Shown piece by piece: positions 9,983-19,116 of a stretch of 64,000 nucleotides of DNA (positions within the stretch are counted from its first letter, which is position 1; each line of letters begins with the position of its first letter). A program made the position numbers and the translations under genes. This stretch comes from a virus (Duplodnaviria > Heunggongvirae > Uroviricota > Caudoviricetes), in IMG/VR virus record IMGVR_UViG_3300045973_000170, positions 62,842 through 126,841 of that record; one strand, given 5' to 3'. The notes below the pieces were generated by a model, which had not been told where the DNA came from, ran no database searches, and worked only from the letters and a program-made list of their open reading frames with translations.

Positions 9983-10432
9983 CGACTCTGAATCTTCTCG
10001 TACTCATCGTTGGTCTTCTTGACGTTCATAATCCAGAGCGCACATGCCGTGTTCATTCCCACACAGAACAGTTGCCAGATGGCAAGGCCGACACGACCAT
10101 GGGAGAAGTTGAAGATGCACATGAAAGAATTCAAACCAACGGCAACCCAATTGATCCAGATTGCAAAATTCAGAAGCGTTGTCGCTTTCATTATAGTTCC
10201 CCCTTGCTTGAAGCCGATGGTAGTTGTCCACGCTGAAACTTATCGTGCTTGATATCATCAGCCATGGCCAGTACAGCGTTGTCCCAAGTCTGTTCCTGAT
10301 AGGACAGGCCAAGTGCGGCCTCACGGAAGATTTGAAGAAGTTCAGGCATATCCGTTTCTTGCAGGGGACGCTCAATCTCAATGTAACTACGTCCCTCATC
10401 TTCCATCATTTCAACCGTGAGCCGAATCATGG

Positions 10433-10846
10433 TCAGTTGCGGAGAGCGTTGGCGGCACGTTCAGCCAACAGAATCGTAGTACCCATCTCCCGCACCTGTT
10501 CGAACTCCACCGGAGCTTCCCCCTCGAAACTGTCAATGTCAGCACAAATCTCGCGGAGCAGAGGCATACGAGCCGTCGCCTTGGCAGTCAACTCAGCCTT
10601 GACGATCTTGGCCAAGTCCTGAAGCCCTGCGTCGATCTGTTCACGGGTCTTTTCACCCCGCACCAAGACGCCCTGACCGTCAGCGATGGCCTGATCGCGC
10701 TTGAATCCATACTCGGACTCAGCCGCCGTCACCTGTGCATCGTACAGGTCAATCTTGTCGAGAATCTGCCGCTTAGTAGCCATGATTGGTGTCCCCCATG
10801 TTGAGCTTGAGTTTACGCGCAAGCTTGATGTACCGTTTGGTGGCAC
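10433..10846 (-). CDS. hypothetical protein
   Basis: 137-aa ORF. Confidence 0.4.
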   Translation of the reverse strand: MPPNGTSSLRVNSSSTWGTPIMATKRQILDKIDLYDAQVTAAESEYGFKRDQAIADGQGVLVRGEKTREQIDAGLQDLAKIVKAELTAKATARMPLLREICADIDSFEGEAPVEFEQVREMGTTILLAERAANALRN

Positions 10847-10970
10847 CCTGCTTGACGTTTGAATTGAAAACGTGGAGATTGGTCAGGCTCCCCTGTGGCC
10901 GCATCTTGCGAATGGGCATCTTCGTCGGGGTGTCGTACTGATCGTCCATGTCCTCGTACTTGTTACGCAT

Positions 10971-11043
10971 TGTGTTCTCCGTTGAGGTATGGGGGTAATG
11001 ATAAACCTCTCACCACCCCATGTCAGTCAGGGAATCCCTGAAG
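10971..11043 (-). promoter_or_regulatory. promoter-leader cassette (IR TCAGGGATTCCCTGA, -35 CTGACA, 17 bp, -10 TATCAT)
   Basis: Read directly. Confidence 0.55.
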
Positions 11044-11565
11044 TTAGCCGCTGAAGGCGATGAGGGAACACACACCAACCAGAATGAGCATCAGGAGAAA
11101 GTGAAAACCAATTGGTTCACCATCCGATTCAGTTTCACCATACTCCTTGGATGTAATCTTTCCGTCAGCACCAAAGTTCTCCTTCTTCAGAAACTTGTGA
11201 CCAATGTACTTGCGTAGCGACCAGAGGATCATTGGAAGAACGAGAACAAAGAGTATTGCAGAAATACAAAAATGCAAAAGCTCTCGTCCAACCACCTTCC
11301 AAACCACCAGAGCCATGGTCAAATGACCAACCTTGGTTTCTGCAAACTTGCTGGTCTGCTCTGTGACAGCCGACAGCGAAGAGTTGATGGCCTCACCAAC
11401 CTCCTTGCCAAGACCCACCCACTCACGGGCCGACTGCACTTCAACCACTTGTTTCTGTTGGGCCGTCAGCGTGTTCTTTGGCACCATCACCATGGTCACG
11501 GTGTCCTGTGCCGCCATCGGAATGGCCAGCATCAGCGCGAACAGCATACCTACGAATCTACGCAT
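11044..11565 (-). CDS. secreted/membrane protein (signal peptide); start moved to ATG at 11563-11565
   Basis: ORF-track start at 11598 lies inside the -10 box; ATG at 11565 sits 8 nt after GGAGAAACA SD and gives signal peptide MRRFVGMLFALMLAIPMAAQ. Confidence 0.45.
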   Translation of the reverse strand: MRRFVGMLFALMLAIPMAAQDTVTMVMVPKNTLTAQQKQVVEVQSAREWVGLGKEVGEAINSSLSAVTEQTSKFAETKVGHLTMALVVWKVVGRELLHFCISAILFVLVLPMILWSLRKYIGHKFLKKENFGADGKITSKEYGETESDGEPIGFHFLLMLILVGVCSLIAFSG

Positions 11566-11639
11566 TGTTTCTCCTATTGAAGGGGTATGACTAATCATAA
11601 TTCACACCCATGTTCATGTCAGTCAAGGAATCCCTGAAG

Positions 11640-11903
11640 TTAGCCCTTCATGGTTGGCGTCTTGCGACGAACAGGACACCACAGTTCATTCAGCGCAACG
11701 ATTACTGGCGGGGCAATCATTTCAACGAAAATGATACCCACCACAAGGTTTCGCGTTGACACCTTGTAGACGAGAGTGCTATCCCTTTCGTCCTGACTGT
11801 TGAAGCCCACACACGATACCGGGGTGGACTCACCCGGAAGTGTAACCTCTGACACACAGCCTGTCAAGAGGAAAAGCGGAAGAATCATCAGCATTTTTTT
11901 CAT
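11640..11903 (-). CDS. lipoprotein
   Basis: MKKMLMILPLFLLTGC lipobox. Confidence 0.45.
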   Translation of the reverse strand: MKKMLMILPLFLLTGCVSEVTLPGESTPVSCVGFNSQDERDSTLVYKVSTRNLVVGIIFVEMIAPPVIVALNELWCPVRRKTPTMKG

Positions 11904-12442
11904 TATGCCCCCTTGTGTCCATCGTTTTTGTCCAGCGTCTTCTTGAAAAGCTGACGGCTGGCGACATGGTAAACTACGATTCCCTCTGGCTTCATGAATC
12001 CCGGTGCGGCCTTTGACCCACCATACTTCAACTCCAACAGGATTTCATCAATGTCATGAGTATTGAAGATACCCGTGAAAAGCGTCGGCACCACATGGCA
12101 ACAGGCAGGACGAACATCGTCAGTCCAGCGACTTGTGTTGAAGAGGCTGAACCTCTTCTCAGTCAGCCCGTAGTTGCGCTGAATGCCCTGTCCCCACCAC
12201 TCTCCGAAGTGCTGGCCGATACCAAGGCCAATGCGAAGCTCGTCCTCATGGGCGACCACCCACTTGGCGAATCCGGCATTGTCTTCCTGAGGCGTGATCC
12301 AACGTGTGCGACTACCAGCGAATACCTCACCCTCTGGCGTTACCACAACCTGTGCGTTGGTGCCATCAATCTTCTCGCTGATGACACAATCGCGGGTGAG
12401 GCGGCTGATGCTCGGAAACTCTGCAAACTCTGGTCTGCTCAT
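11903..12442 (-). CDS. RNA ligase-like nucleotidyltransferase (Rnl2-type motifs)
   Basis: Motif I KIDGTN, motif IV EGIVVY, motif V FKKTLDK. Confidence 0.55.
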   Translation of the reverse strand: MSRPEFAEFPSISRLTRDCVISEKIDGTNAQVVVTPEGEVFAGSRTRWITPQEDNAGFAKWVVAHEDELRIGLGIGQHFGEWWGQGIQRNYGLTEKRFSLFNTSRWTDDVRPACCHVVPTLFTGIFNTHDIDEILLELKYGGSKAAPGFMKPEGIVVYHVASRQLFKKTLDKNDGHKGA

Positions 12443-12450
12443 GGATTCTC

Positions 12451-12882
12451 CTAGATGTTCAAGAAATCGTTGCGTGGATCATCGTCCATTTCATCGGGTG
12501 GCTCATACTCTGGGCCATCATCTTCAGGAAGCTCTGGCTCAATCTTATTGACCAGATAGAATTCCTTGCACTCAGGACACTGAATCAGACTCTTCTTTTC
12601 CTCGTCTGTCCATCCCTCAATGTCCTTGTTCTTTCTTTCTGCTTCCTGTTGCTTTTCCCACCATTCCCAAATGTCCTCAACGTCAGTCACATCGACGCCG
12701 CAACACTGAGTCTCAAAGGTGGAATGTTCGTCAATCCACTCTTGCTCTTCCTGTCGCTCTGCCTCTTCCTGATAGGGGCGTTCAAGCCAGCTATCGTAAC
12801 CAGCCCACGGATCAGAGGCCATAGTTATGCTCTGCGCGAATGCGATTGATGATCTTGAGGTACGCCTGAGTTTTTTTCTCAA
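12451..12882 (-). CDS. acidic hypothetical protein
   Basis: 143-aa ORF, E/D/W-rich. Confidence 0.4.
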   Translation of the reverse strand: MRKKLRRTSRSSIAFAQSITMASDPWAGYDSWLERPYQEEAERQEEQEWIDEHSTFETQCCGVDVTDVEDIWEWWEKQQEAERKNKDIEGWTDEEKKSLIQCPECKEFYLVNKIEPELPEDDGPEYEPPDEMDDDPRNDFLNI

Positions 12883-13010
12883 TTGCTTCGTCTATGGGCT
12901 TTGAACCACCATCACCATACCGATACCAGCCTTCAGCATCCCCCTGTTCTCTTGCACATTCCACAAGATCATCAAGAAGAGCTTCAATTTCTTGAATATA
13001 CGGTTCGATG

Positions 13011-13304
13011 TTACTCACCGTCAAGCTCACAGGTGCAGAAGAGCAACGTGTTACCACACTCGTCGCACATTTCACTGTCCAGTTCATCATCACTGGATTC
13101 AATGTCTTCATACCCGAAGTCCACATCGAAGGACTTGAGCGTGACCACAATCAGGTTGTCATAATCCCCTGACATGGCATTTGCACGGTACTCTTCGATC
13201 TTCTCCTTGCTCCACCCCGCTTTCTTGGCAACAGCGACAGCGCGGCCAATGATAGCAAAGGCATTGCCATCCTCACCTTCCAGCTTCAGTTTCGGCTTGC
13301 TCAT
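13011..13304 (-). CDS. acidic hypothetical protein
   Basis: 97-aa ORF; TTGACA-type promoter 13349-13371. Confidence 0.4.
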   Translation of the reverse strand: MSKPKLKLEGEDGNAFAIIGRAVAVAKKAGWSKEKIEEYRANAMSGDYDNLIVVTLKSFDVDFGYEDIESSDDELDSEMCDECGNTLLFCTCELDGE

Positions 13305-13378
13305 CGTGTCTCCTTGTAAAGATTATGACTCAAGCTACACGGTGGTATGCTGTCTGTCAAGGGGTGGAGCAAAGAAAG

Positions 13379-14281
13379 TTACAGAGGACGGCAGAGCCAA
13401 CGAATCGCACGATTCTGCCAGATGCCGCGCATCTTCGTCAGATCACAAATCTTCTTGACCGTGCGAAGGCTGTACTCACGCAAGTTGTCCTTGTTCTCAT
13501 GCATGAACCCAAGGATTTCCTTACCAAGCCCCTCATCAATCTCTTCCTTCTCAAACATCTTGCCTTCAAGGGCAACGTGGTTGATCCAGAGAGCAATGGA
13601 ATGCATATCGTGTAAATGCAAATCCAGATAATAGGCGCGGCTGATCAATGCGGCCATGTGCGTAGAATACTTGTTCTTGCCATCATCCACGAATGCCTGA
13701 AAGTCCAAGTTCGAAGAGAAGATAACACCACCCTCAAACACATGCGTCTTCTCAATGTTGTTGTCAGCCATGGTGCGATTGTCCTTGCGCCAGCTTACGA
13801 TACGCTTGCGCGTGGTATCGGTCATGGCCTTGAGGATGTTGAGACTGTCTTCATCGCGGAAGATGTTGTCACAATCATCAAACACCAGCACTTCTCCCTT
13901 GTGCTTGTACTTGTAGGACAACTGGTACAAGTCGGGTGCGCTGATTCCACCAGTGGTGGACACATAGCGATGATTCATCGAATCAAGGATATTGGTGATG
14001 GTGTAAGTCTTTCCCATTCCCGGCTTGCTAGTGACAATCATTGAACGGGCCTTTCCCCTCGCCACATCACCCGACATTAGCCCCAACTCATTGAAGCCTT
14101 CAGTCAGATCGGCAACAATTTCATCGTCGCTCTTGCGCGGAATGTTCACCCGTGCCGTCACCATCGCTTCCCGTGCCGCCACCATTTCCTTGGTGGGCCG
14201 TCCACGCTTCTTGGGCATGAAGGGGCTACTGATCACCCCACGGGGGATCGTTGGTACACTGGTTGTCATAATCGCCGTCAT
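13379..14281 (-). CDS. P-loop NTPase (Walker A GMGKT, Walker B LVFDDCD)
   Basis: Motifs read directly; cassette variant upstream 14282-14353. Confidence 0.55.
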   Translation of the reverse strand: MTAIMTTSVPTIPRGVISSPFMPKKRGRPTKEMVAAREAMVTARVNIPRKSDDEIVADLTEGFNELGLMSGDVARGKARSMIVTSKPGMGKTYTITNILDSMNHRYVSTTGGISAPDLYQLSYKYKHKGEVLVFDDCDNIFRDEDSLNILKAMTDTTRKRIVSWRKDNRTMADNNIEKTHVFEGGVIFSSNLDFQAFVDDGKNKYSTHMAALISRAYYLDLHLHDMHSIALWINHVALEGKMFEKEEIDEGLGKEILGFMHENKDNLREYSLRTVKKICDLTKMRGIWQNRAIRWLCRPL

Positions 14282-14647
14282 TTGTCCCTCGTTGAATGAT
14301 GTACCTTATGATAACCACAAGGGATACACTGTGCTATCAGGGTATCCCTTATCTTTCCAATACTTTGGGAGCAGGGGACGGTGGGATTCCAACCCACGAT
14401 CTTATTCATTGGTACTCACTAGCTTTCCCAATGATTGCTTTGAAGCACTAAGCTACGCCCCCCCAAAGTCCCCTATGTTGGCTCTTCCTTTCGGATTGTA
14501 GGCGTGGTCTGTGATGACGCCTCGTTCAGCCCAACACTACTGTTTACTGCGATGAGGGGGTGGGGGACTTGAACACCCATTTATTTCGAGTATCGGTATC
14601 GGTAGAAGTACATTCCTATCCTTCCCTACACTCCCCTCACTTCTTGT

Positions 14648-15040
14648 TTACTGCGCGTCCGTGGTGACAGGAGCCTCGACAGCAACCGGGGCCGCATCGA
14701 CCTTCGTGACGTTGGAAATCTTCTTGCCCGTGCCAACCGGACGGCCACGCACCGAAGCAACGAAAGCGTTGACCGGAGCCTTGATGTAGCGGTAGTCAGC
14801 CTTGCTCGTACCGTAGCGAGCCTTGACCACACCATCCGTCACGTTGACCACAACCACCCGCGAACCAGCCTTGAGGGGGTGACCAAGCGTATTGCGAACG
14901 GACTGCGTGAGGCGAACCACCTGAAGCGTCTTGAACATTAGAACCTCCTGTGTGAAACGTTGTGTGTTGCTCATGAATCGTACCCTAATCATAACTGCCC
15001 TACTCCTTCCTGTCAAGCCCCTTCTACAACATTCTCTCAT
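14648..15040 (-). CDS. hypothetical protein in GC-rich island (probable start MFKT at ~14940)
   Basis: ORF with ~60 percent GC versus ~45 percent elsewhere; overlapping Arg-rich alternative frame typical of GC-rich DNA. Confidence 0.4.
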   Translation of the reverse strand: MRECCRRGLTGRSRAVMIRVRFMSNTQRFTQEVLMFKTLQVVRLTQSVRNTLGHPLKAGSRVVVVNVTDGVVKARYGTSKADYRYIKAPVNAFVASVRGRPVGTGKKISNVTKVDAAPVAVEAPVTTDAQ

Positions 15041-15296
15041 TTTCTTTTCGTGAGAAAACAGATACTTCTATTGGGGTGAGCAGGGTTATCATCCATGTTG
15101 CCTCATTTAGGGCAATGAGGCTTGGCGGCGATGAACCCGCTGTTCCTCTGACTCACGAAAGGAATAGTAAAGGGTGGGTAATCCCATGTCAAGGGGTAAG
15201 ATGAAATTCTTTCAGGGGGTAATATGCAATGGGTAAATGCCGTAATGCAAAAACCCTACAGCGGGGTGCTGTAGGGTAAAGTCTTAGGAGATTCTC

Positions 15297-15629
15297 CTAC
15301 TCGTTGTCAGGGAAACTCTCATAGTGATATTCAATGTCCAATGTCACCATATCATCATCAGTCCTTTGACTCTCAGCCCAGACGTTATACGCCTCAACCA
15401 TCTTAGCCTCTGCCTTCTCGCACAAGTCTTCCTGTTCCCCAAGGATGAATTTGCACTTACAGGTTTGGCCCACCATTTCTATCCACGAATCTACTTCATA
15501 CTCGCCATCGTGATGGTAGACTTCTGAATTCCACTTAAAGGTCAATTGACCCTCTTTACATTCTGGGCATTCAAGTGTTGTTGTGTCATTCACAAGATGA
15601 AACCATGTCTCTACAGGATGATTGGCCAT
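15297..15629 (-). CDS. hypothetical Cys-rich protein
   Basis: 110-aa ORF with CPECKEG and CKCKF motifs. Confidence 0.4.
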   Translation of the reverse strand: MANHPVETWFHLVNDTTTLECPECKEGQLTFKWNSEVYHHDGEYEVDSWIEMVGQTCKCKFILGEQEDLCEKAEAKMVEAYNVWAESQRTDDDMVTLDIEYHYESFPDNE

Positions 15630-15664
15630 TCTACCTCCATGCTACATTTTGAATTACGTTTCGT

Positions 15665-16093
15665 TTAACGTTTTGGTTTGGGCCAAATACCAACGATTTC
15701 ATAAACTTCCTCATACTCATGTAGCCCCACAGCAGACATGTCACTTGGATCGTGAATGATACCTCGCCAATCCATTACCACCGAATGATAATACCCTTCA
15801 TCCATTGTTCCAACCACATGAACAGGAGCAAATGGTGCAACGGGCCAAGGAGTTCTTTCAATCTGTTGAGGGCTATAGAATTTGGTGATGTTGGACACAC
15901 AATAGTTCTTCTCCCCCAGATATTCATAAAACATCCTATCACTCACACCCCTTTCTCTGTACAAATCCCAGAAGGGGATCATGTCGTGCATAACTTCATC
16001 ATACGTTTGTCCTGTCACCATGGCCAAACACGCAATCACACAATCTGTATCTTCCCTCTGAGCAACATACACAATCGATGGTATCTGTTCCAT
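15665..16093 (-). CDS. papain-like cysteine peptidase (C39-like) candidate
   Basis: DCVIACLAMVTG resembles C39 catalytic Cys motif. Confidence 0.4.
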   Translation of the reverse strand: MEQIPSIVYVAQREDTDCVIACLAMVTGQTYDEVMHDMIPFWDLYRERGVSDRMFYEYLGEKNYCVSNITKFYSPQQIERTPWPVAPFAPVHVVGTMDEGYYHSVVMDWRGIIHDPSDMSAVGLHEYEEVYEIVGIWPKPKR

Positions 16094-16162
16094 TGGTACT
16101 CCTGATAAATACGAGTAGTTCCCGCTTTCAATCTATCACACTCTAGAGCCAGAGTCAAGCCC

Positions 16163-16531
16163 ATGACCACTCTACCGAAAGACATTCTCTCTTGTCTATT
16201 TGCGGCGGCAAATTCTTATGCCAAATGCTCAATGGGCAATCCGGATCAACGTGCCTGTGTTATTTATTCGACTAAACGAAAGACCATCGTAAGTATGGGA
16301 TTTCAGGTGGATATGATTTCACCTGAATATAACGCCCACGCCAAGCTTCGCTGGCTGGATAGGGGCGACCTGTATGCCATCTGTTCCCACGTTCCCACGG
16401 CTTCTGGGGCTGAATATCTCATCGAAATGAAGGTGAAGGAAGTCTACTACATGGAATATGTGGGTGGTGAAGTGGGCCTCATGAAACTAAAACTAAAGAA
16501 TATCCCTGCAACCCGTCTAATCTATGGCTAA
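16163..16531 (+). CDS. hypothetical protein (plus-strand island)
   Basis: 122-aa ORF on the rare strand, 8-nt overlap with next plus ORF. Confidence 0.4.
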   Translation: MTTLPKDILSCLFAAANSYAKCSMGNPDQRACVIYSTKRKTIVSMGFQVDMISPEYNAHAKLRWLDRGDLYAICSHVPTASGAEYLIEMKVKEVYYMEYVGGEVGLMKLKLKNIPATRLIYG

Positions 16532-17033
16532 GTTCTTTGTCTACCAGAAAGGAAATGAGATAATCATTGACACCAAAACCCAACGTGAGTTGGGTGATTT
16601 CTCTTTGGAAATCATTCAGACATTTGTGACCATCCAAGATTGTCGCCGTTGGGTGGGTAAATGGCATGGTACCAAACCCATTACGGATAGGATCAAGAGC
16701 AAGTACACAGGACAATCCCCTGAGTCCAAGGCCAAAGCCAAGGATTGGAAAAAGCGATTGGCCGCACGATCCAACTACTTCAAACGTAGTGAAGCCACCA
16801 AGAGAAAGATTAGTCGCACCATGAAAGGAACACGGGTAGGTTCCATGAATCCCAACTTTGGTAAGCTAGGCAAGAAACGCAAACCTTCCACCCGTTACAA
16901 GATGGCTCTCAAGAAGATGGGAACCAAGCTCTGTGTAGACACAGAGGGCAAGACGCATCGTGTACAGCCCGATTTCGTCTTGCCCAAAGGTTGGTGTTGG
17001 GGTGTCAATACGCGCACCCACAACCGTATCTAG
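16524..17033 (+). CDS. NUMOD3-repeat DNA-binding protein, homing-endonuclease-like
   Basis: Repeated SxxxKGxxxGSMNPNFGK-type motifs; Lys/Arg-rich. Confidence 0.45.
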   Translation: MAKFFVYQKGNEIIIDTKTQRELGDFSLEIIQTFVTIQDCRRWVGKWHGTKPITDRIKSKYTGQSPESKAKAKDWKKRLAARSNYFKRSEATKRKISRTMKGTRVGSMNPNFGKLGKKRKPSTRYKMALKKMGTKLCVDTEGKTHRVQPDFVLPKGWCWGVNTRTHNRI

Positions 17034-17046
17034 AACCAGATAGCCA

Positions 17047-17862
17047 TTACTGCTTTGCGCTCTTGCGCTCTTCCTCAGTGAATGCCGCATCAGCCAACGA
17101 TGCTTCACCGACCAAGTCTGAACCACGATAACGCCCCGTACTTGCGCTTGTTGCTGAGTACATTCCCTTGACACCAGCGGCATTTGCTGAGTAGTCCAAC
17201 GTGGAAAGGCTCTTGATGCCGATGGAACCAGCTTCACCAAATGAATCGATGTTGGCCCCAAGGAACTGGAACAGCCACCCATTCTTCGTGCAAGCCTCAA
17301 CAGTGGTCTTGATCTTGTCGCGTGTCCACTCGCGGCTGGCATTCTCGTCACCATCGGTGATCACCATGAAGACAACCTTGGTGTCAGCATTCACGATGCG
17401 AGTCTGTGTGTCAGCCAAAGTCTTTCCCATGGCGTCAAGCAGGGGCGTCAACCCTCTGGGATAAAACGCCAAGTCAGGAACATCTGCAATCGGCTTGGAC
17501 GCATAGACCGTGTCGATCACAGCATCATTGCCGTGCGTATCAAACTGCACCAGCGTCACGTTGCACGTTCCCGGTAGAGCTTTCTGTTCCTTGATAAAGG
17601 CGTTGAATCCACCTTCCATATCCTGCTTGATGCTTGCCATGGAGCCAGAGCGATCCAACACTACCACGATTTCACAGTGATTAGACACCGCCACCTTCTT
17701 CTTTGCGCTCACCGACTTCAGGTGTGGGGTGTCCGTGATCTTCTTTGGCTTCTTCGACGCTGTCTTCTTCACGATCTTCCCCTTCGTCACTTCCTTTTTT
17801 GGCGTACTCATGATCTTCTCCTGCGTGAGGGTTATATGATTCAACAATTTCCAGTTTTCCAC
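17047..17862 (-). CDS. von Willebrand factor A domain protein
   Basis: MIDAS motif DRSGSM; Lys-rich N-terminus. Confidence 0.6.
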   Translation of the reverse strand: MENWKLLNHITLTQEKIMSTPKKEVTKGKIVKKTASKKPKKITDTPHLKSVSAKKKVAVSNHCEIVVVLDRSGSMASIKQDMEGGFNAFIKEQKALPGTCNVTLVQFDTHGNDAVIDTVYASKPIADVPDLAFYPRGLTPLLDAMGKTLADTQTRIVNADTKVVFMVITDGDENASREWTRDKIKTTVEACTKNGWLFQFLGANIDSFGEAGSIGIKSLSTLDYSANAAGVKGMYSATSASTGRYRGSDLVGEASLADAAFTEEERKSAKQ

Positions 17863-18138
17863 CCATTGCCTCTATCGCCTTCTTGTAATACTCAAAGGTT
17901 CCTGCCATCAACATACTCATACCATAGCACCCCTTATAACAGAGGTAGGTACTTCCACTGAGATTGTGGAATTCGTAATGATCCCCGTTGTCCACAATCG
18001 TTTCAACCAGTGAACTGAAACGCCATTCGTCAGACCCAAGATAGCCGCCATACCATCCAGCCAAAACCTTGAGAAACGGTTCTTCACCCGGATTGGTAAG
18101 CTCTATAACTACCCACCGTTCTGGGGTTGTGGGATATT

Positions 18139-18546
18139 TCACCAATTCCTCCTTCGATGTTCTTTCATGTATTCTTCATATCCGTCGCGGTCATTAAACC
18201 ATTTATCAAGGGCTTCATCTTCCCCAGAGCAATAGGAACAGGGGTTCATATGGGAACATCCACGCATTTCCTCTTCAATATCATCCCAATCTCTTTGAAC
18301 CGCTTCATCCTCAATCCACTTCGTTTGAAATTCGTAAGATACACACACGGTAACTTCAGCCTTAGCATGACACCGATAGCATTCCCATGTGGCGGTATCT
18401 CCATCGTGTACATCACCACCATCACGAAATCGTGGGTAGTCTGTCATATCATTATCAACAAACCCACATTTCGGACATGTGATAAACGATTCCCAATCAC
18501 TAGATCGTACTCTTCCAACCCATCGTGACATTATTTCTTCTCCCAT
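18139..18546 (-). CDS. Zn-finger hypothetical protein
   Basis: CPKCGF...CYRCH Cys clusters. Confidence 0.4.
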   Translation of the reverse strand: MGEEIMSRWVGRVRSSDWESFITCPKCGFVDNDMTDYPRFRDGGDVHDGDTATWECYRCHAKAEVTVCVSYEFQTKWIEDEAVQRDWDDIEEEMRGCSHMNPCSYCSGEDEALDKWFNDRDGYEEYMKEHRRRNW

Positions 18547-18860
18547 CGCACATAAGCGGCAGTGATATGTTCACGAAAGGTATCAGGATCAATGATGGTT
18601 TCACAGTACTGAAAACTTCCATCAGGAAACTTCTCCATGGGACGAAAGAGGGGAAATATGGAAAACCACGGTTTCCCCCGCATTTCCTCAATCATGAAGT
18701 TGAGTAGTTGAGTATCAGATATCGTATTCACATTCTTTTCTACAATCTCTACAACAACTGCACAGTCTTCTATCATCATAGATTTCCACTTTAAGTGGAC
18801 AAGTGTGTTCTGACTCTGGTGGATTTTTCCCACACTTACACATCTCGCGGTTCTTCTCAT
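18531..18860 (-). CDS. hypothetical protein
   Basis: 109-aa ORF. Confidence 0.4.
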   Translation of the reverse strand: MRRTARCVSVGKIHQSQNTLVHLKWKSMMIEDCAVVVEIVEKNVNTISDTQLLNFMIEEMRGKPWFSIFPLFRPMEKFPDGSFQYCETIIDPDTFREHITAAYVRWEKK

Positions 18861-19111
18861 CAGCCATTGTTAGAGTCCTCACTTGAAGAACGATATTCCT
18901 TCATGCGTTGTGCCGCCTTGCGGCCCTTCTTCTTGATCTTTGAGGGTTTCTCAACGAACCCCTCTTCTGTTTTTGGATGCGTTCGAATCTTCACAAACGG
19001 CTTCTCTTCAGCATAGTCATCATCCAAATAATCCCAACGGTCTTCTACCACGTTCTGTGTTGCTCCTGATAGGGTATAGTGTAAGGTAATAGGCAGTATC
19101 TTGTTTGTCAA
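18860..19111 (-). CDS. hypothetical protein
   Basis: 83-aa ORF; TTGACA promoter 19103-19120. Confidence 0.4.
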   Translation of the reverse strand: MTNKILPITLHYTLSGATQNVVEDRWDYLDDDYAEEKPFVKIRTHPKTEEGFVEKPSKIKKKGRKAAQRMKEYRSSSEDSNNG

Positions 19112-19116
19112 GGGGT

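Noticed and set aside
14626-14835. Arg-rich 69-aa alternative frame
   Set aside because: It is a typical shadow ORF of the GC-rich gene 14648-15040.
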